From the IMG/VR virus record IMGVR_UViG_2778261527_000011: a stretch of 4,749 nucleotides of DNA. One strand, given 5' to 3'. Origin of the DNA: a virus (lineage: Duplodnaviria > Heunggongvirae > Uroviricota > Caudoviricetes). A program made the translations under genes and the position numbers. Shown here piece by piece: positions 1 through 4,749 of this stretch (the stretch's first letter is position 1; each line of letters begins with the position of its first letter). Under the pieces are notes generated by a model, which was given only the letters and a program-made list of their open reading frames with translations, had not been told where the DNA came from and did no database searches.

Positions 1-1164
1 TTACGCCTTCTTTATATCCTCCATAATTCCACAGTGGGACATATTTGGGACATTATCACCAAAAATGTCGTCTATTTTCCTTGCATGCTCTGTCAAATGA
101 TTAGGCGCAAGGTGAGCATACCTACGAACCATTTCTATGGACTCCCATCCGCCCATTTCCTGAAGCACAGATAATGGGACGCCTGACTGGATCAGCCAGC
201 TTGCCCAGGTGTGTCTGAGGTCATGGAAACGGAAATCTTCAATTCCTGCACGACGACAAGCTGATAGCCATGATGTCTTGCTGTCGATGCGCATCTTCCT
301 GACCGCAGGCGTTGATGTTCCATCTGCTCGCTTAGCCGCCTTGGTATGTACAAACACCCATTTGTGATGCTTGCCTATTTGATCACGCAACACTTTACAG
401 GCGGTATCGTTCAGCGCCACACCAATGGCGCGGTTTGATTTGCTCTCTTCTGGATTCACCCAGGCAACTCGTCGCTGCATGTCGATTTGTTGCCATTCCA
501 GATTTATGATGTTCGACTTTCTCAGACCAGTTGCCAGCGCAAACTTGACGACAGATTTCAGTGGTTCGGGGCACTCATCAATAAGGCGTTTTGCTTCCTC
601 CTTTTCCAGCCATCTGACTCGCTTGTTTCTGACCGCTGGTATCTTGATGACAGGCGCTTTTTCCAGCCACTTCCAGTCGCGTTCTGCAGCACGGAGAATG
701 GCCTTTATCATGGCAAGATGCTTTGCCTTTGTCTGAGTTGATACTGGCTTTGGTTCATAAACAGGCGGTTCTTTACCTTTCCTGATGGCGGCCTGAACTT
801 TCTGTTTCCATATTTCTTTCGTCTTTCTGTTATGCATTCTGCTTACAGCAGAGTAAATCTTTGCCTCCGAGATATCTTTAAGCCTTATACCCTCAAAATG
901 TTCAAGCCAGAACTCAATCCGGCTTTTATCTGAATCGAGAGATTTTTTATCAGCTTTTTCCTCAAGCCATCTTAGGCAGGCCTCTTCAAAAGTGACATCA
1001 GGTAAATCCCCTAGCTTTTCTACTCGCCAGAGTTCTGCTTTTCGCTTGTCGTGCAACTCCTGAGCTTGCCGCTTGTCCTTTGTGCCAAGAGATTCCTTAA
1101 TTCGTTTCCCGCCCGGGAGCGAATACGAGGCATACCATATTTCATTTCTGCGGAAGAGTGACAT
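1..1164 (-). CDS. int: Tyrosine site-specific integrase, lambda/P22 family (387 aa, complete; stop at window positions 1-3)
   Basis: Full ORF from the six-frame track. Translation carries the tyrosine recombinase catalytic signature in the C-terminal half (ATGLRKSN...[13 protein letters not shown]...MVRRYAHL, i.e. R / H-x-x-R / Y). From memory the N-terminus ([37 protein letters not shown]) closely resembles P22-type Int; not verified by search. SD-like GAGGAAA lies 4-5 nt upstream of the ATG at 1162-1164. Confidence 0.95.
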   Translation of the reverse strand: MSLFRRNEIWYASYSLPGGKRIKESLGTKDKRQAQELHDKRKAELWRVEKLGDLPDVTFEEACLRWLEEKADKKSLDSDKSRIEFWLEHFEGIRLKDISEAKIYSAVSRMHNRKTKEIWKQKVQAAIRKGKEPPVYEPKPVSTQTKAKHLAMIKAILRAAERDWKWLEKAPVIKIPAVRNKRVRWLEKEEAKRLIDECPEPLKSVVKFALATGLRKSNIINLEWQQIDMQRRVAWVNPEESKSNRAIGVALNDTACKVLRDQIGKHHKWVFVHTKAAKRADGTSTPAVRKMRIDSKTSWLSACRRAGIEDFRFHDLRHTWASWLIQSGVPLSVLQEMGGWESIEMVRRYAHLAPNHLTEHARKIDDIFGDNVPNMSHCGIMEDIKKA

Positions 1165-1403
1165 TTTCTTTCCTCTGTTATGCCATCACCCGCGCTCACC
1201 TGGACAGTATGCAGCGGAGACTGAAGCGCCGCAATGCAAGCTTGCCGTGTTGTGAGGTAAGGAGATTTTGGCTTGGTTGGATCTTTACGTGTTGCCTGTA
1301 GGCGGCCTGTGCGTATCCAGTTAATGGCAGTCGGTCTGGATATTTTGAGAAAATGACAGGCCTCATCGAGTGTGAGGCTGTAAGCACACTGACGGCACGC
1401 ATA
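1020..1403 (-). pseudogene. xis: Excisionase-like (winged-helix / HTH_17-type) reading frame with no in-frame start codon; overlaps the int 5' end by about 140 bp
   Basis: Manual translation of the minus strand in the frame offset from ORF 1196..1663 gives ...[54 protein letters not shown]..., matching the excisionase/AlpA-type HTH pattern (compare lambda Xis N-terminus MYLTLQEW...). The frame is open from a TAA at 1404-1406 to a TAG at 1020-1022, but contains no ATG/GTG/TTG before the HTH. The nearest ATG (1400-1402) is in the frame of the upstream ORF. Confidence 0.5.
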
Positions 1404-1663
1404 TTATCAGCATCGATAAAGCAGCGGGTGCCTTCATCTGCAAGATCTTTAGAATAACGGGTAAAGTCATCGATGCTGGCAGTGGAAAGCGCACCACGGA
1501 AACGGAAGCGATTTAAATTAAATTTTTCCAGATCATGAATGCAGAAATTCTCAGGCAATGCTACAGCATCGGCACCAATCTTACTGATAATTTCATTAAC
1601 ACCCTGAGCAGAAATAAGGGCATGGATTTGATTAATTGCGGTTGCGTCTAAGTTCTGAGACAT
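1196..1663 (-). CDS. Hypothetical prophage protein; only the N-terminal ~87 codons (about 1403..1663) look like genuine coding sequence, the rest of the ORF is the wrong-frame reading of the xis-like region
   Basis: Track ORF. ATG at 1661-1663 preceded by GAGGA with 6-nt spacing. The first ~87 aa ([88 protein letters not shown]) look like a folded protein; the remainder is low-plausibility sequence, while the alternative frame over the same DNA encodes a recognisable HTH. Family not assigned. Confidence 0.5.
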   Translation of the reverse strand: MSQNLDATAINQIHALISAQGVNEIISKIGADAVALPENFCIHDLEKFNLNRFRFRGALSTASIDDFTRYSKDLADEGTRCFIDADNMRAVSVLTASHSMRPVIFSKYPDRLPLTGYAQAAYRQHVKIQPSQNLLTSQHGKLALRRFSLRCILSR

Positions 1664-1728
1664 AATAAGTCCTCACTATATAAAGATATTCAGTGATGAG
1701 ATAAATAATCAGTTAATTAAAAACGATA

Positions 1729-2091
1729 TTAACGACCTGCTGCGCGGAGTTTTCCGTCAGGTTCACCGGCAAGAGTCAGCAACTGTCCCTGGTCTTCCTG
1801 CAGAATAGTCAGGCGACCACCGCGATTGACATACATCGGCGTTTCGGTGGTGTCTTCTTCGGAAATTTTCCCGCGGTTAGTCGGGCGAACATATGAGAGT
1901 TTGTGTTTGATTTTCACTCGGTTCTCATCAAACGGTTCGATTTCTAGGTTGAGAGAGACCTTACCTTTGGTTTTCGTGTTCATCACACCGGAAGCGACTT
2001 CACTGAGAACTGCGCCGATTTTGGTTTCAAATACGCCGCCGTCCAGCTCCCCGATAAATGCCTGCACATCAGTACTGCGTTCGCTAGCCAT
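1729..2091 (-). CDS. Hypothetical small prophage protein (120 aa)
   Basis: Track ORF 1729..2409, trimmed to the ATG at 2089-2091 (MASERSTDVQAFIGELDGG...), which is preceded by a strong SD GAGGAG (2099-2104) with 7-nt spacing. The upstream extension to 2409 translates to low-complexity R/P/G-rich sequence from GC-rich DNA. No family recognised from sequence alone. Confidence 0.7.
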   Translation of the reverse strand: MASERSTDVQAFIGELDGGVFETKIGAVLSEVASGVMNTKTKGKVSLNLEIEPFDENRVKIKHKLSYVRPTNRGKISEEDTTETPMYVNRGGRLTILQEDQGQLLTLAGEPDGKLRAAGR

Positions 2092-2135
2092 TTTGCTGCT
2101 CCTCATCATATCGACCCTGCAAGGTCGGTTAGTTT

Positions 2136-2330
2136 CTCCACAAAACAGAGAAGAACACCTGCGGTGACTGCCGCCCGGATGGATTGGGTTATGAGCCCGT
2201 CGTCCGGTGATGCTCTTCTCTGTTTTGTAAAAAGGACGGTACCAGCCGGAAGCAAGGGTACAAGCTGGTACCGCCAGGACTACACACAGCATAAAGTTGT
2301 GGTGCCGGGTGCCTCCCGGTGCCTGGCGAA
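2136..2330. other. GC-rich non-coding spacer dense in dyad symmetries; candidate structured RNA or regulatory DNA
   Basis: Perfect 15-bp inverted repeat ACAAAACAGAGAAGA (2140-2154) / TCTTCTCTGTTTTGT (2214-2228) enclosing 59 nt that contain further small stems (GCGG/CCGC 2161-2174; CCGGA/TCCGG 2175-2207). Perfect 10-bp hairpin CGGTACCAGC (2237-2246) / GCTGGTACCG (2264-2273) with a 17-nt loop. CCGGG-tgcct-CCCGG (2305-2319), extendable to 9 bp with G-U pairs in RNA. All six-frame ORFs here overlap each other in several frames and translate to junk. Confidence 0.3.
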
Positions 2331-2500
2331 GGTTGCACACCAGGCGGGTGGGTATCCACAGAAGGTCGACTGTCAGCCTCAACCTTAACCCGCGTGCGCT
2401 GAGCCGCATTCACCACAACGCTAAGGATTCTCTCTGGTTGAAAATACTTAGCTGTTATGTGCCTGCTTTTAGCCACATCAGGCGAGGTGGACCTAGTTAT

Positions 2501-2546
2501 TCCCCAACAACAAGGATTCGGTTAATCTGGATATCCCCAACAACAA
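2501..2546. repeat. 13-bp perfect direct repeat TCCCCAACAACAA, two copies 33 bp apart start-to-start
   Basis: Copies at 2501-2513 and 2534-2546, immediately upstream of the candidate start of the rightward ORF (2561). An inverted partial copy of the AACAACAA core lies at 3203-3210 on the other side of that ORF. Confidence 0.6.
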
Positions 2547-2560
2547 TAAGAGTATTCAAT

Positions 2561-3076
2561 GTGATCGCTGAATTAACGGCAGCAATGACGGCTATTCGTG
2601 AAACAGCCCAGATTGCAAAACTAATGAACGAGGCAAAAACTCAAGCTGAAGTAAATGCGGCTATTGGTGAGCTGAACTCAAAGCTTGCGTCTATTCAGCG
2701 CGAATGCGTGTCTCTCTTTGAACTGGTGGGCTCTTATCAAGAAATAAATGCTTCTCTCAAAGCTAAAATTGCAGAATTCGAAAACTTTGAGGCTCAGACG
2801 GAAGGCTATATCCTTAACCAACTTGAGTCGGGTACTTTTGTATACTCGAAGGAGGTAATCGTGAACGGTGGCAGCATAACCATGCATCTTTGCCCAAAAT
2901 GTTTTGGACAAAAGATAGTATCGATACTTCAACCATTCCCGGTTAGCGAAGATGAGCTTTTTCATAAAAGCAGGTGCCTCCACTGTGAAAATAAGTTTCT
3001 GATGAATAAAAATCCGGATTACGTATCGCCTCCATCCATTGAGGAGTTGTCCAGAAAACTTAACGGCAATCTGTAG
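2561..3076 (+). CDS. Hypothetical protein with N-terminal coiled-coil and C-terminal C4 zinc ribbon (CPKC-x24-CLHC); moron-like accessory gene, function unknown
   Basis: Long plus-strand ORF (track 2297..3076) whose 5' extension is GC-rich junk. Plausible starts are GTG 2561 (AAGAG 8 nt upstream) or ATG 2585 (no clear SD). The N-terminal ~70 aa are heptad-like (AQIAKLMNEAKTQAEVNAAIGELNSKLASIQRE...LKAKIAEFENFEAQ); the C-terminus carries two CxxC pairs. Visibly more A+T-rich than the flanking spacer. Followed by an intrinsic terminator. The antisense ORF 2678..2983 has artefact-like composition. Confidence 0.6.
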   Translation: MIAELTAAMTAIRETAQIAKLMNEAKTQAEVNAAIGELNSKLASIQRECVSLFELVGSYQEINASLKAKIAEFENFEAQTEGYILNQLESGTFVYSKEVIVNGGSITMHLCPKCFGQKIVSILQPFPVSEDELFHKSRCLHCENKFLMNKNPDYVSPPSIEELSRKLNGNL

Positions 3077-3115
3077 ATTACTACTGTTGTGGATATCCAG
3101 ATTGTTAAAGAGCTA

Positions 3116-3140
3116 AGCGTCCTGTAGGGCGCTTTTTTGT
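3116..3140 (+). terminator. Rho-independent terminator for the rightward zinc-ribbon ORF
   Basis: Stem AGCGTCC (3116-3122) / GGGCGCT (3127-3133), 7 bp including one G-U pair, loop TGTA, followed by T-run 3134-3138. Begins 40 nt after the TAG at 3074-3076. The reverse strand lacks a T-tract, so it is unidirectional. Confidence 0.6.
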
Positions 3141-3207
3141 TGCTAACGAATCATCCTGGACTTCATATGCCCCAGGCGGCTACTTCGTGGGCGTCCTGCC
3201 TGTTTGT

Positions 3208-3251
3208 TGTTTCTCTTGGGTACATTATGTATCTCATAGGTACATTGTCAA
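3208..3251 (-). promoter_or_regulatory. Candidate pL-like leftward promoter with overlapping operator-like sites (OL analogue)
   Basis: Minus strand reads TTGACA (plus 3246-3251, consensus -35), then a 16-bp spacer, then CATAAT (plus 3224-3229); alternatively a 17-bp spacer with ATAATG. Operator-like imperfect palindromes TGTATC-tcata-GGTACA (3228-3244) and TGTTTC-tcttg-GGTACA (3208-3224) overlap the spacer/-10/start region. Position (just past the repressor-gene terminator) matches lambda OL/pL topology. Confidence 0.45.
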
Positions 3252-3253
3252 GT

Positions 3254-3278
3254 ATAAAAAAACCTGCCGAAGCAGGTT
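3254..3278 (-). terminator. Rho-independent terminator of the repressor gene
   Basis: On the minus strand: stem AACCTGC / GCAGGTT (7 bp perfect) with a UUCG tetraloop, followed by a run of T (plus-strand A-run 3256-3262). Lies 13 nt downstream of the repressor stop at 3291-3293. Confidence 0.75.
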
Positions 3279-3290
3279 CATAAACATTGA

Positions 3291-3965
3291 TTAGGCTTTG
3301 ATTTTGTATCTTCTTGGTTTTCCTGAGAAAATCACAGTTCCAATTATAGAGCAATTACCGTTGATCTTAATGTAAGGCTCAGGCCAGTTTGGGTTTAACG
3401 CTTTGAGATAACGCTGTGTCCCATCTTCTATCAACCTTTTGAAGGTGGTTTCACCTGTATCGTGCATCAATGCAATAACGTCGTCACCGTGGCAGGCAGG
3501 TACTTCAGGATCGACAAAAATCATGTCTCCCGGGCGGTACTCATCAATCATTGAATCACCTATCACCCGCAAGATATAAGTCATTTCCCCACAGGGTACA
3601 GGGCAGGGATACGTTTCTGCTGTGCTCAAATCAACCTCAGAATATCCAACTTCTTTCCATGCTCCGGCCTGTACCCATGATATGACAGGGACTAATGTGA
3701 TTTGTTTATTAGTGATTGAAACATCAGGTTTTTTTGTGATGTTCGTTGTCTGGTGTTCTTGATCGAGCCATCCGACAGGCAGGTCGAAACATTTTTCGAT
3801 GTGTCGTGCCATGCTGTCACCGATATTTTTAGTAGCACCATCTCCCATAAACCTGCTGGTCTGGGTTGGCTCGCGATCAATCATAGTGGCAAAGGAAGAA
3901 TTCCCTCCAACACCATCTCTCAGTTTTCTGGCGTTAGACCGCCGGATGTCATGGATTGTTTTCAT
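3291..3965 (-). CDS. Phage CI-type repressor with C-terminal LexA-like S24 autopeptidase domain (224 aa)
   Basis: Track ORF. The C-terminal domain has the S24 serine-lysine dyad context (RVIGDSMIDEY ... TTFKRL) and an Ala-Gly candidate cleavage site (SWVQAGAWK). Sits divergent from a cro-like gene with palindromic operators between them. No SD upstream of the ATG; the predicted pRM start coincides with the ATG (leaderless, as for lambda cI). Confidence 0.9.
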   Translation of the reverse strand: MKTIHDIRRSNARKLRDGVGGNSSFATMIDREPTQTSRFMGDGATKNIGDSMARHIEKCFDLPVGWLDQEHQTTNITKKPDVSITNKQITLVPVISWVQAGAWKEVGYSEVDLSTAETYPCPVPCGEMTYILRVIGDSMIDEYRPGDMIFVDPEVPACHGDDVIALMHDTGETTFKRLIEDGTQRYLKALNPNWPEPYIKINGNCSIIGTVIFSGKPRRYKIKA

Positions 3966-4055
3966 AACGAAATTAAAACCCCTGTACCGTTAAGGTACAA
4001 GTATCTTGAAGGTTCATTTCAATCATGTAATATGTACACCGGAGGTACATATTGT
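3966..4055. promoter_or_regulatory. Immunity switch region: divergent pRM-like (leftward) and pR-like (rightward) promoters with 17-bp palindromic operators, consensus TGTACC-N5-GGTACA
   Basis: Operators: perfect palindrome TGTACCGTTAAGGTACA (3983-3999); TGTACAccggaGGTACA (4033-4049, 11/12); weaker AGTATCttgaaGGTTCA (4000-4016). pR-like: -35 TTGAAG (4006-4011), 16-bp spacer, -10 TAATAT (4028-4033), then SD GGAGG (4041-4045) and the cro ATG at 4056. pRM-like on the minus strand: -35 TTGTAC (plus 3995-4000), 17-bp spacer, -10 TTTAAT (plus 3972-3977), predicted start at or near the repressor ATG (3965). Confidence 0.55.
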
Positions 4056-4256
4056 ATGAAAGCGTATTGGGACTCTTTAACCAAAGAACAGCAGGGCGAG
4101 TTGGCCGGAAAAGTTGGCTCAACTCCTGGCTACTTACGGCTGGTTTTCAATGGCTATAAAAAAGCCAGTTTTGTGCTGGCTAAAAAACTTGAGCAATGCA
4201 CGTCAGGTGCAATTACGAAATCTGACTTAAGACCGGATATCTATCCGAAAGATTAG
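4056..4256 (+). CDS. Cro-like small DNA-binding regulator (66 aa), YdaS/Cro family
   Basis: ATG at 4056 preceded by GGAGG (4041-4045). Product MKAYWDSLTKEQQGELAGKVGSTPGYLRLVFNGYKKASFVLAKKLEQCTSGAITKSDLRPDIYPKD has the size, position and C-terminal LRPDI-type motif I associate with enterobacterial prophage Cro/YdaS proteins. The track ORF 3753..4256 is the same frame with a spurious N-terminal extension overlapping the repressor gene. Confidence 0.8.
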   Translation: MKAYWDSLTKEQQGELAGKVGSTPGYLRLVFNGYKKASFVLAKKLEQCTSGAITKSDLRPDIYPKD

Positions 4257-4299
4257 CAGAACACTTTCAATTTTTAACCACAGAACGATGAGGCTAATC

Positions 4300-4749
4300 G
4301 TGGGTAAGCATCACTGGAAAATAGAAAAACAGCCTGAGTGGTACGTGAAAGCTGTCAGAAAAACTATCGCGGCGTTGCCGGGTGGTTACGCTGAAGCGGC
4401 TGACTGGCTCGATGTAACAGAAAACGCTTTATTCAACCGCCTTCGTGCAGATGGCGATCAGATTTTCCCGCTGGGATGGGCAATGGTTTTACAGCGTGCT
4501 GGTGGCACTCACTTCATTGCTGATGCTGTGGCGCAGTCTGCAAATGGCGTCTTTGTGTCGCTTCCTGACGTCGAGGATGTGGACAACGCCGATATTAACC
4601 AGCGTCTGCTGGAAGTCATTGAACAGATCGGCAGTTATTCAAAACAGATTCGTTCAGCAATCGAAGACGGTGTAGTGGAACCGCATGAGAAGACAGCAAT
4701 TAACGACGAGCTGTATCTCTCAATTTCGAAGCTGCAGGAGCATGCAGCA
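4300..4749 (+). CDS. YdaT/CII-like early regulator, 3'-truncated by the window end (150 codons visible, no stop)
   Basis: Open frame from GTG 4300 (GAGG 6 nt upstream; alternative in-frame ATG at 4288) to the window end. Missing from the track because it has no stop in the window; track ORF 4445..4675 is a different frame. Product VGKHHWKIEKQPEWYVKAVRKTIAALPGGYAEAADWLDVTENALFNRLRADGDQIFPLGWAMVLQRAGGTHF... sits where lambdoid phages encode cII; family assignment from memory, not verified. Confidence 0.65.
   Translation, partial: MGKHHWKIEKQPEWYVKAVRKTIAALPGGYAEAADWLDVTENALFNRLRADGDQIFPLGWAMVLQRAGGTHFIADAVAQSANGVFVSLPDVEDVDNADINQRLLEVIEQIGSYSKQIRSAIEDGVVEPHEKTAINDELYLSISKLQEHAA

Noticed and set aside
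425-741. Plus-strand ORFs 425..736 and 487..741 (103 and 84 aa)
   Set aside because: Antisense to the well-supported integrase gene; Cys/Phe/Ser-rich junk-like translations with no start context.
1073-1255. Plus-strand ORF of 60 aa spanning the int start
   Set aside because: Antisense to the int start and xis-like region; no RBS; composition typical of an antisense artefact.
1664-1728. Possible hammerhead-type ribozyme core (GTGATGAG at about 1692-1699)
   Set aside because: The conserved C of the CUGAUGA core is absent and no flanking helices or GAAA element are positioned correctly; the region is better explained as the AT-rich RBS region of the downstream gene.
2140-2228. Miniature inverted-repeat transposable element bounded by the 15-bp inverted repeats
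   Set aside because: No target-site duplication flanking the repeats (left flank ..ctcc, right flank aaaa..) and no transposase in the window; cannot be excluded without comparing empty sites.
2092-2409. N-terminal extension of minus ORF 1729..2409 (226-aa version)
   Set aside because: The extension is R/P/G/C-rich low-plausibility sequence from GC-rich DNA, and a strong SD precedes the internal ATG at 2091; trimmed to 1729..2091.
1826-2476. Overlapping ORFs 1826..2167 (+), 2164..2388 (+) and 2189..2476 (-) in the GC-rich spacer
   Set aside because: Mutually overlapping in several frames, proline/arginine/glycine-rich, no start signals; consistent with open frames arising from GC-rich non-coding DNA.
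2136-2560. Retron msr/msd, tRNA or CRISPR array in the structured spacer
   Set aside because: No reverse-transcriptase ORF anywhere in the window; no T-arm/anticodon-arm geometry found on either strand; no regularly spaced repeat-spacer units. Only isolated dyads and one pair of direct repeats.
2678-2983. Minus-strand ORF of 101 aa antisense to the zinc-ribbon gene
   Set aside because: Aromatic/basic-rich composition typical of the antisense frame of an AT-rich gene; no RBS; the plus-strand ORF has the domain-like motifs and a terminator. If pL read-through occurs it would be transcribed, so this is not fully excluded.
3163-3354. Minus-strand ORF of 63 aa overlapping the repressor 3' end and terminators
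   Set aside because: Spans two predicted terminators and the predicted pL promoter; no start context.
3692-3993. ORFs 3692..3880 (-) and 3799..3993 (+) inside or antisense to the repressor gene, and the N-terminal extension of 3753..4256
   Set aside because: Alternative frames of, or antisense to, the well-supported repressor gene; the long 167-aa plus ORF is just the cro frame extended upstream across the operator region without a start signal.
4445-4675. Plus-strand ORF of 76 aa
   Set aside because: Out of frame with the longer open frame 4300..4749, which has an SD-preceded start and a plausible protein sequence.

Overview
This window reads as the lysogeny/immunity end of an enterobacterial lambdoid prophage with a P22-family integrase; all calls rest on reading the sequence and on motif recollection, with no database search run. 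Left to right: a complete tyrosine integrase (1..1164, minus); an excisionase-like reading frame overlapping the int start that has no in-frame start codon and is fused out-of-frame to the upstream ORF; two small leftward ORFs; a GC-rich, hairpin-dense non-coding spacer (about 2100..2500); a rightward, AT-richer ORF (2561..3076) encoding an N-terminal coiled coil plus a C-terminal CxxC...CxxC zinc ribbon, with its own intrinsic terminator; then a classical immunity switch: a predicted leftward pL-like promoter with operator-like sites, a LexA-like (S24) autocleavable repressor (3291..3965, minus) with its own terminator, divergent pRM/pR-like promoters with palindromic TGTACC-N5-GGTACA operators, a Cro-like gene (4056..4256, plus) and a YdaT/CII-like gene (4300..window end, plus, truncated). 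The most interesting candidate for something undescribed is the convergently oriented coiled-coil/zinc-ribbon ORF sitting where lambdoid phages normally carry a continuous leftward early operon, together with the structured non-coding spacer next to it. The early-left region is far shorter than in canonical lambdoid phages and xis looks defective, so this is probably a degraded or cryptic prophage.
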